Below, piece after piece: positions 19,997-30,472 of a stretch of 62,038 bases of DNA. The stretch lies in assembly GCA_035715445.1 (NCBI GenBank), contig DASTKZ010000004.1:1-62038 (forward strand), in the 5' to 3' direction. The first letter of the stretch is position 1; the number at the start of each line of letters is the position of its first letter. The stretch comes from Methyloceanibacter sp. GTDB lineage: Bacteria; Pseudomonadota; Alphaproteobacteria; Rhizobiales; Methyloligellaceae. The notes beneath the pieces are model-generated. The model worked only from the letters and a program-made list of their open reading frames with translations, did not search any database and was not told the DNA's origin. A program made the position numbers and the translations under genes.

Positions 19997-21108
19997 TGTC
20001 GGGCGCTATTCCCCCGCATAAAGGCGGTGAGCGCATCGAGCGCGGCGCGGTTCTCGTCTTCCGTGCCGATGGTCACGCGCAACGCGCCGGGAAGGCCGTA
20101 TTCCTCGACCCTCCGCAAGATGATGCGCCGCTCATGCAGGAACTTGTCGGCCGCAACCGCCGATTTGCCGTTCGCTGCTCCGAAATGCAGGAGGAGGAAA
20201 TTGGCTGCGCTCGGGGTGACGCCAAGTCCGATGCCGGAAAAAGCCTCGGCGAGCTTTCCTCGCCACAGCTCGTTATGCTCGACGGCCGCTTGCGCCCAAG
20301 GTTGATCGGAAAGTGCAGCGACGCCGGCCGCGATCGCGGGTCCCGAGACATTGAACGGCCCCCTGATCCGGTTCAGCGCATCGGCGATCGCAGGCGGACA
20401 AGAGGCCCAGCCGATGCGAAGCGAAGCAAGCCCGTAGAGCTTGGAGAAAGTGCGCGTCATCACCGTGTTGGACGAGGTCGCGACAAGCTCGATGCCCGAC
20501 TCGTAATCGTTCTTGCGCACATATTCGGCATAGGCCGCGTCGAGCACGAGAAGCACGTCGTCCGGCAAGGCTTCGCGCAGGCGCTTGACCTCGTCGAACG
20601 GCAGATACGTGCCGGTCGGATTGTTGGGGTTGGCGATGAACACGAGCCGCGTCCGCGGGCTCAAGCAAGCGAGGATCGCATCGACATCGGCGGTGAGCTC
20701 CGTCTCCGGAGCTGCCACCGGGGTTGCGCCCCGCGCCATGATCGCGATCTTGTAAACGAGGAAGCCGTGGGCGCTGTAGATCGCCTCGTCGCCGGGACCG
20801 AGATAGGCGGCGGCGAGCAGGTTGAGCAGCTCGTCGGAGCCCGCGCCGCAGACGATGCGGGCCGCATCGAGGCCGTAGAAAGCAGCGATTGCCTCGCGCA
20901 AGGGCCGCGCGGAACCGTCAGGGTAGCGCGACAGCGCGGCGGCGGCTTCGCGATAGGCCGCGATCGCGCGGGGCGACGGCCCGAACGGGGTCTCGTTCGA
21001 GGAGAGCTTGATCACGGCGTCAGCGCCAGGAAGCGCGCTCGTGCCCGGCACGTAGGGCGCGATGTCGAGAACGCCTGGGCGGGGGCGCGGGCCACGCGTG
21101 GCGGCCAT
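19993..21108 (-). CDS. hisC: Histidinol-phosphate aminotransferase
   Basis: [35 protein letters not shown]. Confidence 0.95.
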   Translation of the reverse strand: MAATRGPRPRPGVLDIAPYVPGTSALPGADAVIKLSSNETPFGPSPRAIAAYREAAAALSRYPDGSARPLREAIAAFYGLDAARIVCGAGSDELLNLLAAAYLGPGDEAIYSAHGFLVYKIAIMARGATPVAAPETELTADVDAILACLSPRTRLVFIANPNNPTGTYLPFDEVKRLREALPDDVLLVLDAAYAEYVRKNDYESGIELVATSSNTVMTRTFSKLYGLASLRIGWASCPPAIADALNRIRGPFNVSGPAIAAGVAALSDQPWAQAAVEHNELWRGKLAEAFSGIGLGVTPSAANFLLLHFGAANGKSAVAADKFLHERRIILRRVEEYGLPGALRVTIGTEDENRAALDALTAFMRGNSARQ

Positions 21109-21248
21109 GGGACTTCTCCTCGAAGGCTCGACGAAGGGCCTCTCATAGGCCCAATCCAAGCGGCAAAGCAAAGAAAAGATTGACTTTCACGGTCAAGCTC
21201 CTAGCTAACCCCGAATTGTGCAGGCTTCGTTACCTTTCTGGCGTAAGC

Positions 21249-21311
21249 CGGTATCCAGACAACCGGCACCGAGCAAAGCATCTGGTTTCCGGCTTTCCGC
21301 CGGAATGACGG
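21249..21311. repeat. Degenerate palindromic interspersed repeat (REP/RPE-like)
   Basis: GGTATCCAG...CTGGTTTCCGGCTTTCCGCCGGAATGAC; same architecture as the element at 26054-26155. Confidence 0.5.
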
Positions 21312-21367
21312 AACAAGATGAAGCGGAACGTCACCGCGTGGCGGAGTGAGTCAGGCATTGAACGGGC

Positions 21368-22576
21368 ATGAGCGAGACACCGACGGCGCAAGCCTTTGCT
21401 GACCATTCCTTGCGGCTTGCGCAGATTGCGAACCCGCAGAGCGAGATCGTGCACTTTCCGGCGCACGAGCCGCTGCCGCTCGACTGCGGCGCCCAGCTTG
21501 CGCCGTTCTCCATCGCCTATCAGACCTATGGCGAGCTCAACGCGGCGAAGTCGAACCTCGTTCTCGTCTGCCATGCGCTGACCGGCGACCAGCACGTCGC
21601 CAACATTCATCCCGTCACCGGCAAGCCCGGCTGGTGGGACACCATGGTCGGTCCCGGCAAGCCGATCGACACCGATCGCTATTTCGTGCTCTGCCCCAAC
21701 GTCATCGGCGGATGCATGGGCTCGACCGGCCCGAGCTCGATCAATCCGGCCACGGGGCGCGTCTACGGGCTCGACTTCCCCGTCATCACCATCGCCGACA
21801 TGGTGCGGGCGCAGGCGCGCCTGCTCGATCATCTCGGCGTCCCCGACGTGCTCTCGGTGCTGGGCGGGTCGATGGGCGGCATGCAGGTGCTGGAATGGGC
21901 CTCGACCTTTAAGGATCGCGTGTTCTCGGCGGTGCCGATCGCCTGTTCCGCGCGCCACTCCTCGCAGAACATCGCCTTTCACGAGGTTGGACGCCAGGCA
22001 GTGATGGCGGATCCCGATTGGTGCCAGGGCCGCTATCTCGACGAGGGGCGGAACCCGCGCAAGGGTCTCGCCGTCGCGCGCATGGCCGCGCACATCACCT
22101 ATATGTCCGACGACGCGTTGCACCGGAAGTTCGGCCGCAATCTCCAGGACCGGGACAGGATCACTTTCGGCTTCGACGCCGACTTTCAGGTGGAAAGCTA
22201 TCTGCGCCACCAGGGCTTGAGCTTTGTCGATCGCTTCGACGCCAACTCCTATCTCTACATCACCCGCGCCATGGATTATTTCGACCTCGCCGCCGACCAT
22301 GGCGGGGCGCTCGCCAACGCATTCACCGGCACCAAGACGCGCTTCTGCCTCGTCTCGTTCACCAGCGACTGGCTGTTCCCGACCGAGGAGAGCCGCGAGA
22401 TCGTGCACGCGCTGAACGCGGTCGCAGCCAATGTCAGCTTCGTCGAGCTCAAGACCATGAACGGTCACGACTCGTTTCTGCTGCACGAGCCCGAGCTGTT
22501 CGATACGATCCGCGGTTTCTTGGCCGCGGGGGCGGCGAAGCGCGGGATCGCGGGAGCGGAAGGATGGCTGCCATGA
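21368..22576 (+). CDS. metX: Homoserine O-acetyltransferase
   Basis: [20 protein letters not shown] nucleophile motif, RFDANSY, GHDSFL. Confidence 0.96.
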   Translation: MSETPTAQAFADHSLRLAQIANPQSEIVHFPAHEPLPLDCGAQLAPFSIAYQTYGELNAAKSNLVLVCHALTGDQHVANIHPVTGKPGWWDTMVGPGKPIDTDRYFVLCPNVIGGCMGSTGPSSINPATGRVYGLDFPVITIADMVRAQARLLDHLGVPDVLSVLGGSMGGMQVLEWASTFKDRVFSAVPIACSARHSSQNIAFHEVGRQAVMADPDWCQGRYLDEGRNPRKGLAVARMAAHITYMSDDALHRKFGRNLQDRDRITFGFDADFQVESYLRHQGLSFVDRFDANSYLYITRAMDYFDLAADHGGALANAFTGTKTRFCLVSFTSDWLFPTEESREIVHALNAVAANVSFVELKTMNGHDSFLLHEPELFDTIRGFLAAGAAKRGIAGAEGWLP

Positions 22577-23214
22577 ACGTCAACGTGCCGCCGCCCGCCA
22601 TCCGCGCCGCCGACACGAGCCGCGTCGATCTTCTGTTCATCGCCGAGATGGTGAGCCCCGGCGCGCGCGTGCTCGATGTGGGTTGTGGCGACGGCACGCT
22701 GCTGCGGCTGCTGTCGGAGAAGCGCGGCGTTGACGGCCGTGGCATCGAGCTCAGCCAAGCGGGGGTGAATTCCTGCGTGGCGCAAGGCTTGTCCGTGATC
22801 CAGGGCGACGCCGACACCGACCTCGTCCATTATCCGGACCTTGCCTTCGACTTCGCCATCCTGTCCCAGACGCTTCAGGCGACCTATTCGCCGCGCCATG
22901 TGCTCGAGCAGCTATTGCGCATCGGCAAGCGCGCCGTGGTCTCGTTTCCGAATTTCGGCCATTGGCGGGTGCGGGGGCAGCTCCTGTTCGGCGGCCAGAT
23001 GCCGCTGACCGACAATCTGCCCGACCATTGGTACGACACGCCGAATATCCATCTCTGCACGATCAAGGACTTCCGCGGCCTGTGCAAAGATGTCGGCGCG
23101 CGCGTCGAGCGCGCCGTGGCGCTCAACGCCTACGGGCGGAAGCTCGGCGTCTCCATGCCGGCCTTCGCCCAGAACCTGTTCGGCGAGCAGGCGGTATTCC
23201 TATTGTCGCGGTAA
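22573..23214 (+). CDS. metW: Methionine biosynthesis protein MetW
   Basis: [31 protein letters not shown]; overlaps the metX stop. Confidence 0.95.
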   Translation: MNVNVPPPAIRAADTSRVDLLFIAEMVSPGARVLDVGCGDGTLLRLLSEKRGVDGRGIELSQAGVNSCVAQGLSVIQGDADTDLVHYPDLAFDFAILSQTLQATYSPRHVLEQLLRIGKRAVVSFPNFGHWRVRGQLLFGGQMPLTDNLPDHWYDTPNIHLCTIKDFRGLCKDVGARVERAVALNAYGRKLGVSMPAFAQNLFGEQAVFLLSR

Positions 23215-23946
23215 GGCCGCAGGCGTCACGCCGGCGGGAACGGGGACGAGCCGGCGCCGCCGCGTGTTGGCGGTCTCGCGCGCCGGGATCGCCGCGTAAA
23301 CTTCCTTGGTCGCCTCGATGACGATCACGCCGGAGAAGGTCGGCCACAACAGCAGCCCGAGCCGTTCCCAGAACAGCGGCCACCGCAAGAGGATGCGCCA
23401 ATTGAAGGGCGGCATGTGCAGCGCATATTCCCAATCCTCAGGCGAGAACATCGCCTCCTTCAGAAGGCGGGTGATCTGGCGGCGGCTGAAGGGGCTGCCA
23501 TAGCCGAACGGCGTCGTGTCGACGCGCGCCCACAGCCCGCGACGGTTGGGCACGACGATCAAGAGACGCCCGCGCGGCGCCAAGACGCGCCAGACCTCGC
23601 GCAAGAGCTCGAGCGGCTTCTCCGACCATTCGAGCATGTGCACGAGAAGGATGCGGTCGGCGCCCTCATCGATCAGCGGGAGATCGGTGTCATCGACCAG
23701 AACCGAGAGCGACTGACCCTGCTCAGGCCAAACAACGGCTCCGAGGCGCCCCGGCATCAGCGCGCCCAACGGTTCCGCCTCGGCCCTGAAGGGCGCGAGA
23801 TAGGGCGTGACGAAGCCGAGCCCGAAGGTGCGGCAGGATTTGAGGTCGCTCCACCGCGACCTCACGCGGGCGCCGAGCAGCCGGCGCACCACGCGGCCGA
23901 GGGGGCGGGCGTAGAACTCCTTGAGATCGGCGGCGTCGAGATGCAT
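23200..23946 (-). CDS. Class I SAM-dependent methyltransferase (YafS-like, divergent from gloB)
   Basis: LLREVWRVL.P.GRL, PNRRGLWAR..TPFG.G.PFS. Confidence 0.85.
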   Translation of the reverse strand: MHLDAADLKEFYARPLGRVVRRLLGARVRSRWSDLKSCRTFGLGFVTPYLAPFRAEAEPLGALMPGRLGAVVWPEQGQSLSVLVDDTDLPLIDEGADRILLVHMLEWSEKPLELLREVWRVLAPRGRLLIVVPNRRGLWARVDTTPFGYGSPFSRRQITRLLKEAMFSPEDWEYALHMPPFNWRILLRWPLFWERLGLLLWPTFSGVIVIEATKEVYAAIPARETANTRRRRLVPVPAGVTPAALPRQ

Positions 23947-24069
23947 GCGCCATCATAGCGCGTGAAGGTTAAGCGCCGCACCCTCTCCTCCGGGGCGGTT
24001 CAATGCGACACGCAGGAATGGTATTGTCCCTTGTTAGTGGTTTTTGGCAAAATGAGCGTCGGAGGAGCG

Positions 24070-24840
24070 ATGTCTCGCCTCGAAGTGCACCAATATCCGA
24101 CGCGGAGCGACAATTACGGCGTGCTCGTGCACGACGCCGCGACAGGCGCGACCGCCGCCATCGATGCGCCCGACGCCGAGGAGCTGCTTGCCGCGTTGCA
24201 CGAGAAGGGCTGGACCCTCAGCCACATCCTCACCACTCACCATCATCACGACCACACCGCCGGCAACACCATCGTCAAGCGCATGACCGGCTGCATCATC
24301 GTCGGCCCGGCGAAGGAGGCCTCCTCCATTCCCGATATCGATGTCACGGTCAAAGAGGGCGACACGGTCGCCATCGGCAACGCGAAAGCGCGCGTGATCG
24401 AGACGCCGGGCCACACCAAGGGTCACGTCAGCTATCATTTCCCCGACGACGAACTCGTCTTCGTCGGCGATACGCTGTTCTCGGTCGGGTGCGGCAAGCT
24501 GCTCGAAGGCGACGCCAAGACGATGTGGGCCTCGCTGAAGAAGCTCGCGGGCCTGCCGCCGGAGACCAATCTCTATTGCGGCCACGAATACACCAACAAC
24601 AATTGCCGGTTCGCGCTCACGGTCGAGCCCGAGAACGACGCGCTCCGCGCGCGCGCCTCGGAGGTCGCCGCGCTCGCCGAGGAGGGGGCGCCCGCGCTGC
24701 CGACCACGATCGCGCAGGAGCTTGCCACCAATCCGTTCCTCAGACCCTCGAGCCCCGCCATCCAGAAGCGGCTCGGCATGGAGGGGCGCGAGCTATGGCA
24801 GATCTTCGGCGAGGTCAGGCGCCGCAAGGACCGTTTCTAA
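24070..24840 (+). CDS. gloB: Hydroxyacylglutathione hydrolase (glyoxalase II)
   Basis: DNY, THHHHDH, TPGHT.GH, GDTLF..GCG, CGHEYT, TNPFLR; GGAGG RBS. Confidence 0.95.
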   Translation: MSRLEVHQYPTRSDNYGVLVHDAATGATAAIDAPDAEELLAALHEKGWTLSHILTTHHHHDHTAGNTIVKRMTGCIIVGPAKEASSIPDIDVTVKEGDTVAIGNAKARVIETPGHTKGHVSYHFPDDELVFVGDTLFSVGCGKLLEGDAKTMWASLKKLAGLPPETNLYCGHEYTNNNCRFALTVEPENDALRARASEVAALAEEGAPALPTTIAQELATNPFLRPSSPAIQKRLGMEGRELWQIFGEVRRRKDRF

Positions 24841-24850
24841 GGCTTCGCGC

Positions 24851-25276
24851 ATGGGCGACGCGCTGACCGCCGAGGACGTGATCAGGCAGCATGACCTCAA
24901 GCCGCATCCGGAAGGGGGCTGGTTCCGCGAGACCTTCCGCGACGCGACAGGGCCTCACGGCCGCGCGCACTCGACCGCGATCCTGTTCCTGCTGAAGGCG
25001 GGCGAGGTCTCGCGCTGGCACAAGGTCGATGCGGCCGAGCTTTGGCACTGGTATGGCGGGGCGCCGCTTATGCTCGAGGTGAAGCACGGCGCGGCGCGCC
25101 ACGAATACCGGCTCGGTCCCGATTGGCACAAAGGCGAGCACCCGCATGCGGCGGTTCCGGCGCATGCCTGGCAGAGCGCGCGGAGCCTTGGCGCCTGGAC
25201 GCTGCTCGGCTGCACCGTTGCGCCCGGCTTCGATTTTGGGGGCTTCGAACTCGCGCCCCACGACTTCGAGCCGTAA
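24851..25276 (+). CDS. Cupin superfamily protein (DUF985/Cupin_5)
   Basis: PHPEGGWFRET, TAILFLL, WH...ELWHWY, CTVAPGFDF. Confidence 0.9.
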   Translation: MGDALTAEDVIRQHDLKPHPEGGWFRETFRDATGPHGRAHSTAILFLLKAGEVSRWHKVDAAELWHWYGGAPLMLEVKHGAARHEYRLGPDWHKGEHPHAAVPAHAWQSARSLGAWTLLGCTVAPGFDFGGFELAPHDFEP

Positions 25277-25280
25277 GCCG

Positions 25281-26003
25281 CTAATCCATGAAGGCGCCGC
25301 CGTTGATGGTGAGCGTCGAGCCGGTGATCCACCCCGCGTCGTCGGCGGCGAGGAACAGCACGCAGCGGGCGACCTCATCGGCCTCGCCGAGACGCCCGAC
25401 CGGAATCTGCGCCACGATCGACTTCATCACGTCGTCGGAAACGCCGGCAAGCAACTCGGTCCGCACATAGCCCGGCGCAATCGCGTTCACGGTGATGCCC
25501 TTGCGCGCGCTCTCGAGCGCGAGCGCCCGGGTGAAGCCGATCACGCCGGCTTTGGCCGAGCAGTAATTGGCGAGCCCAAGCTGGCCCTTCTGCCCATTGA
25601 TCGAGGAGATGTTGACGATGCGGCCGAAGCCCTTCTCGCGCATGGCGTTGATGACCGGCCGCGTCATGTTGAAGAGCGAATCGAGATTGGTGCGAATGAC
25701 CTGCTCCCACTGCTCATGCGTCATCTTTTGCAGCATGGCGTCGCGCGAGATGCCGGCATTGTTGACCAGGACCTCGATCGGTCCGACCTCGTTCTGGACA
25801 TTGATGATGCCCTGCTCGCAGGCGAGGTAATCGCCGACGTCCCATTTGAACGCCGGGATCTTGGTTTCATTGCTGAACGCCTTGGCGGCGTCGTCATTGC
25901 CGCCGTAGTTGGCGGCGACGTTGTAGCCTGCGCCCTTGAACGCCCGGCTGATCGCGGCGCCGATGCCGCGCGTTCCTCCCGTAACGAGAGCTACCCTTCC
26001 CAT
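25281..26003 (-). CDS. phbB: Acetoacetyl-CoA reductase
   Basis: TGGTRGIG, NNAGI.RD, SSINGQKGQ.G.ANY..AK; downstream of the thiolase. Confidence 0.95.
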   Translation of the reverse strand: MGRVALVTGGTRGIGAAISRAFKGAGYNVAANYGGNDDAAKAFSNETKIPAFKWDVGDYLACEQGIINVQNEVGPIEVLVNNAGISRDAMLQKMTHEQWEQVIRTNLDSLFNMTRPVINAMREKGFGRIVNISSINGQKGQLGLANYCSAKAGVIGFTRALALESARKGITVNAIAPGYVRTELLAGVSDDVMKSIVAQIPVGRLGEADEVARCVLFLAADDAGWITGSTLTINGGAFMD

Positions 26004-26053
26004 GAATGCCTCCCTTTGACGGCGCTTCTTTGGCGCCTAATGCTACATTGGTT

Positions 26054-26155
26054 TGTCATTGCCCGGCTCGACCGGGCAATCCAGTAATCTAAGATCACCA
26101 AGAAAACGCGAACCCGTGGGTTACTGGATTCCCGCTTTCGCGGGAATCCAGTCAT
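26054..26155. repeat. Composite palindromic interspersed repeat (REP/RPE-like; right arm fits ATTCCC-N8-GGGAAT)
   Basis: GTCATTGCCCGG-CTCGA-CCGGGCAATCCAGTAA ... TTACTGGATTCCCGC-TTTC-GCGGGAATCCAGT: two hairpins joined by ATCCAGTAA/TTACTGGAT inverted repeats. Confidence 0.8.
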
Positions 26156-26162
26156 AACGCGA

Positions 26163-27344
26163 TCAATCCCGCTCGACGCACATGGCGATGCCCATGCCGC
26201 CGCCGATGCAGAGCGTGGCAAGGCCCTTCTTGGCGTTCCGCCTTTGCATCTCGTGCAGCAGCGTGACGAGCACGCGCGCGCCGGAAGCGCCGATCGGATG
26301 GCCGATGGCGATGGCGCCGCCATTGACGTTGACCTTGCCGGCGTCCCAGGCGAGGTCCTTGTTCACCGCCAAAGCCTGCGCGGCGAAAGCCTCGTTGGCC
26401 TCGATCAAGTCGAGATCGCCGACGTCCCAGCCGGCCTTCTTCAAGGCTTTGCGCGAAGCGGGGATCGGGCCTGAGCCCATGATCTTGGGATCCACGCCGG
26501 CGACGGCCCACGACGCGATGCGGCCAAGCGGCTTCAGGCCGCGCTTCTTCGCTTCCTTCGCGCTCATCAGCACGACGGCGGCGGCGCCGTCATTGATTCC
26601 GGAGGCATTGCCGGCCGTCACCGAGCCTTCCTTGTCGAAAGCGGGCCTGAGCTTGGCCGCGTCCTCGATCTTGGCGCCCTCGCGGATATATTCGTCTTCG
26701 GCGACCACGGTCTCGCCCTTGCGGGTCTTCACCGTGACGGGGGCGATCTCGTCCTTGAACTTGCCGGCCTTCCTGGCGGCCTCGGCCTTGTTCTGCGACT
26801 GCGTGGCGAACTTGTCCTGATCCTCGCGGGTGATCTGCCACTGACGGGCGACATTCTCGGCGGTGGTGCCCATGTGGTAGCCGTTGAAGGCCTCCCACAG
26901 CCCGTCCTTGATCATCGAATCGATGAACTCGATCGCACCCATCTTCTGGCCGTTGCGGAGGTGAGCGACATGAGGCGCAAGGCTCATGCTCTCCTGGCCG
27001 CCGGCGACGACGACATCGGCATCTCCCGCGGCAATCTGCTGGGCGCCGAGCGCGACCGCGCGGAGGCCCGAGCCGCAGACCTGGTTCACGCCCCAGGCGG
27101 TCGCCTCGATCGGCACGCCGGCGGCGATCGCCGCCTGCCGGGCCGGATTCTGACCCTCGCCCGCGGTCAGCACCTGACCCATGATCACTTCATCGACATC
27201 GGCCGGGGCGACCTTGGCCCGCTCGAGCGCCGCCCGAATGGCGACTTCGCCAAGCGTGTGGGCCGGCAAGCTCGAGAGCGCGCCATTGAAGGAACCGACA
27301 GGTGTGCGCGCCGCGCCGACGATGACAATATCTTCCTCGCTCAT
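26163..27344 (-). CDS. phbA: Acetyl-CoA acetyltransferase (beta-ketothiolase)
   Basis: [27 protein letters not shown]. Confidence 0.96.
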   Translation of the reverse strand: MSEEDIVIVGAARTPVGSFNGALSSLPAHTLGEVAIRAALERAKVAPADVDEVIMGQVLTAGEGQNPARQAAIAAGVPIEATAWGVNQVCGSGLRAVALGAQQIAAGDADVVVAGGQESMSLAPHVAHLRNGQKMGAIEFIDSMIKDGLWEAFNGYHMGTTAENVARQWQITREDQDKFATQSQNKAEAARKAGKFKDEIAPVTVKTRKGETVVAEDEYIREGAKIEDAAKLRPAFDKEGSVTAGNASGINDGAAAVVLMSAKEAKKRGLKPLGRIASWAVAGVDPKIMGSGPIPASRKALKKAGWDVGDLDLIEANEAFAAQALAVNKDLAWDAGKVNVNGGAIAIGHPIGASGARVLVTLLHEMQRRNAKKGLATLCIGGGMGIAMCVERD

Positions 27345-27537
27345 TCTCCACATCTCCGCTTTCAGTGGGGGTCCAAGGTCATAACTTAGGGAGTCCCGGT
27401 AGGGAAGCCCAGGTTTGCGCACCGTTAGGGGTTCGGGCGAAAAGCCCTGGTGCTATGCACAAATATCGTGCTAACTGATCTCGCAGTTGCGGGATAAAGC
27501 CCCTTGGGCGCCCCCAAGGCGTAGGAGCGATAGGCAC

Positions 27538-28149
27538 GTGGCAAGGGACGCCGAACACGAGAGCCGGCCGGTCATCATCAAGAAATATGCCAACCGCAGG
27601 CTCTACAATACTGACACAAGCACGTATGTGACGCTCGAGGACTTGGCGGAGATGGTCCGGTCCAACCGAGACTTTGTCGTTTACGACGCAAAGTCCGGCG
27701 AAGACTTGACCCATTCGGTCCTGACCCAGATTATCGTCGAGCAGGAAAGCCGCGGCACCAACCTCCTTCCCATCGGGTTCTTGCGCCAGCTCATCCGCTT
27801 CTACGGCGACAGCATGCAGAAGCTCGTGCCGAGCTATCTCGAATTCAGCCTCGACTCGCTCACCCGCCAGCAGGAGCAGTACCGGCGGCGATTTGCGCAT
27901 GCCTTCGGCACCGCGGCCTTCGAGGCGATGCAGGAGCAAGTGCGCAAGAACTTCGACACGTTCGAGCGCGCGCTCGGGATGTTCACCCCCTTCGGCTCGA
28001 ACGAGGCCGGCGAAGGCAAGAGCGCCCCTCTAGTGGAGAAAACCGAAGCCGGCCCCGCGGGCGCCAAGCCCGGCGAGGACGAAATCGCGAACCTGAAGGC
28101 CGAGCTCACCGCCATGCAAGCGCGGCTCGAGCAACTCTCCCGCCGCTAG
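27538..28149 (+). CDS. phaR: Polyhydroxyalkanoate synthesis repressor
   Basis: IKKYANRRLYNT..S.YVTL, VYDAKSGEDLT; GTG start; divergent from phbAB. Confidence 0.95.
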   Translation: MARDAEHESRPVIIKKYANRRLYNTDTSTYVTLEDLAEMVRSNRDFVVYDAKSGEDLTHSVLTQIIVEQESRGTNLLPIGFLRQLIRFYGDSMQKLVPSYLEFSLDSLTRQQEQYRRRFAHAFGTAAFEAMQEQVRKNFDTFERALGMFTPFGSNEAGEGKSAPLVEKTEAGPAGAKPGEDEIANLKAELTAMQARLEQLSRR

Positions 28150-28185
28150 CCATACTTTGTCATCCTGAGGCGCGAGCCCAGCGGG

Positions 28186-28917
28186 CTACGGGCTGTTTGC
28201 GCTGACGAGATCGTCCCGCGCCTTTTCCAGATGTTGGGTGATCAGCGCGAAGGCGCCTTGCCCGTCGCGCGCGTTAAGCGCATCGAAGATGGCGCGGTGC
28301 TGGCGGTTGTAATCGGCGATGACGTCGGGAGTCAGGATCTTTTCCTTCATCGCGTCCCACTGCGCGTGAAGCCGCACATGATTGATCTGGCGGTAGACGT
28401 AGATGAGGAGCGGGTTCGACGACGCATGGGCGATGAGGAGATGGAACTCGCCGTCCCATTTCGAGAAGGAATCCTTGTCGCTCTCCGACTCTTCGGCGTG
28501 GCCGAGCACCGCCTCCATGTCGTCGAGATTGCGCCGCGTCGCATGCAGGACGGCAAGCCGCGTGGTGAAGGGCTCGACCGCAAGCCGCGCCTCGATGAGC
28601 TGGAGCGGACTGACCTGATCGGCAAGATCGATGTTCCGTCGCGCCGAGGTCACGCTCGCGCCGACGAAGGTCCCGCTGCCGAGGCGGCGTGACACGAGCC
28701 CGGCCTTCTCGAGTTGATCGAGCGCGCGCCGCACCGTGCTTCGCGCCGCCTGGAAGGTCTCGGCCAATTGCCGTTCGGGCGGCAGCCGGTCGCCCTCGCT
28801 GTAAGCGCCGGTCTCGATGGCGCGGCGGATATAGGCGGAGATGGCGCGCGGCCCCCGGCTCGGTTTTTCGAATCCTGCGGGGATGGCTTGCGCGAGTCGA
28901 AGACGCTCTTCGGTCAA
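28186..28917 (-). CDS. GntR/FadR-family transcriptional regulator (FCD domain)
   Basis: GDRLPPER.LA...RSTVRRAL..L...GSGTFV, FH..IA..S.N; TTG start after GAGGG (start uncertain). Confidence 0.9.
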   Translation of the reverse strand: MTEERLRLAQAIPAGFEKPSRGPRAISAYIRRAIETGAYSEGDRLPPERQLAETFQAARSTVRRALDQLEKAGLVSRRLGSGTFVGASVTSARRNIDLADQVSPLQLIEARLAVEPFTTRLAVLHATRRNLDDMEAVLGHAEESESDKDSFSKWDGEFHLLIAHASSNPLLIYVYRQINHVRLHAQWDAMKEKILTPDVIADYNRQHRAIFDALNARDGQGAFALITQHLEKARDDLVSANSP

Positions 28918-28947
28918 GGTCTGTCCCTCTGCACTGGAGGCCCACTT

Positions 28948-29056
28948 TGGACCCAAACGAAAAAATTGGTTTACAGCAGCTCCGCGTGATGCGCTATAGT
29001 CATCATACAAAGGTTCCTCGATTGGGTCCAGTGGTATGGGACCAAAACCGGACCAA
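28948..29056. promoter_or_regulatory. Divergent promoter region with repeated GGACC/GGTCC half-sites (putative FadR-type operators)
   Basis: TGGACCCAA (28948) and its exact inverse TTGGGTCCA (29022), then TGGTATGGGACCA and CGGACCAAT; TTTACA-N17-GCTATA lies between them. Confidence 0.55.
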
Positions 29057-29080
29057 TCCTTCCGTCGCGGGGGTGTGCCG

Positions 29081-30424
29081 ATGAGTGTCCCACAAGGTGT
29101 CAAATACGCCATCATCGGGGCGGGCGTTCACGGCCTCAGCACGGCTTTCCATCTCGCGCAAAGGCTGAAAGCGGCGGGCAGGGGCTCGGGCGCCGACATT
29201 CTCGTCGTGGACAAGACCGGCGTCGGAGCGGGCGCCTCGGGCATCGCCTGCGGTGTCGTCCGCAACAATTATTTCCAGCCGGCCATGCGCGAGTTGATGG
29301 CCCACTCCGTCGAGGTGTGGGAGAGCGATCCCAAGGCCTATTCCTACCATCCCGTGGGCTACATGCAGGTCAGCCCCGAGAGCATGCACGCCGACGTCGC
29401 CTCAATCTACGAGCAGCAGAAGGCGATCGGCTACGAGTCCACCTTCGTCGAGGGCGCGGACGATTCGATGCGATACATGCTCGGCCTGTTCGACGATTGG
29501 CAGGCGCAAGGCATCACCTCCGTGCTGCATGAAAAGCGCGGCGGCTACGCCAACAATCAGGCGAGCATGCGCGGCCTTGCCGCCAAGGCTCAAGAAGAGG
29601 GCGTGCGCATCCTCTCCGGTGTCGAAGTGAAAAGCTTCGAGTTCGGCTCAAATAGCGGGGCGGTGACCGCGCTCAACACCAATCAGGGCCGCATCGCCTG
29701 CGACACGGTCGTGGTCGGGGTCGGCCCCTGGGTCAACAAGATTTGGAACCTGCTCGAGCTGCCGAAGAAGATTACCGTCAAGGCCAACGGCAAGGTTCGC
29801 GACCACGTTCCGATGTGGAAGTTCTGGTGTCTGGAGGAAGGCACGCTCGGCGTCGATCCGCACATGCACCGGACCAATGACGGGCGCTTCCCGCCAGTGC
29901 TCCATGTCGATACCGACGCGCCGCTCTATTCCGACCGCGACCGCAAGCTCATCACCGACAAGATCTGGGGCATCTACTACAAGCCCGATTTCAACTTCGG
30001 CGGCGTTCAGGGCGGCGCTTCGCCTTACAAGGTCGAGCAGGATCCCGATCAGGTCGCGGTCGATCCTTACGGGCCCGAGTCGCCCGAGTTCGTCGTCGGC
30101 GAGGACTTCATCGAAATGTGGTGCTCGGCGCTCGCCCATTGCCAGAAGCGTTTCGAAGGCCAGATGCCGCTCTACAAGCGCGATGAGAATTCCGGGGGGC
30201 TCGGCTGCTTTACCCCGGACAATTTTCCGGTCTTCGACCGGTTCCGCGAGAACGTCTATGTCATCGCCGATTCCAACCACGGCTATAAAATGATCGGCGT
30301 CGGCAAGCTCGTGGCGCAGGAGCTCGTTGGCGAGACGAGCAGATTGCTTGAACCGTTCCGGTTCGCACGCTTTGCCAAGGGAGAACTTCATCCGACCTCT
30401 CACAGCCCGTTTCCTTGGAGTTGA
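29081..30424 (+). CDS. FAD-dependent oxidoreductase, DAO/sarcosine oxidase beta-like, stand-alone
   Basis: IIGAGVHG, GASGIACGVVRNNY (compare GNVGRNTTIVRSNY in SoxB), TPDNFP, HGYKM. Confidence 0.88.
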   Translation: MSVPQGVKYAIIGAGVHGLSTAFHLAQRLKAAGRGSGADILVVDKTGVGAGASGIACGVVRNNYFQPAMRELMAHSVEVWESDPKAYSYHPVGYMQVSPESMHADVASIYEQQKAIGYESTFVEGADDSMRYMLGLFDDWQAQGITSVLHEKRGGYANNQASMRGLAAKAQEEGVRILSGVEVKSFEFGSNSGAVTALNTNQGRIACDTVVVGVGPWVNKIWNLLELPKKITVKANGKVRDHVPMWKFWCLEEGTLGVDPHMHRTNDGRFPPVLHVDTDAPLYSDRDRKLITDKIWGIYYKPDFNFGGVQGGASPYKVEQDPDQVAVDPYGPESPEFVVGEDFIEMWCSALAHCQKRFEGQMPLYKRDENSGGLGCFTPDNFPVFDRFRENVYVIADSNHGYKMIGVGKLVAQELVGETSRLLEPFRFARFAKGELHPTSHSPFPWS

Positions 30425-30472
30425 TGAGAGCGTCGTCAGTTTCACATTTGCGGTGGTCAGCGGGAGAGTGGC

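Noticed and set aside
21180-21367. SAM-II (SAM-alpha) riboswitch expected upstream of metX
   Set aside because: I could not find the conserved GATTT...GCTAAA core. The hairpin present matches the interspersed repeat family instead. An Rfam scan would settle it.
27440-27495. PhaR binding sites (TGC...GCA-like motifs) in the phbA-phaR spacer
   Set aside because: Plausible from known biology, but the motifs are too short and degenerate to place confidently by eye.
28158-28185. Start of a GTCATCCTGAGG-type palindromic repeat after phaR
   Set aside because: Only a short fragment with no matching second arm; too weak to call.
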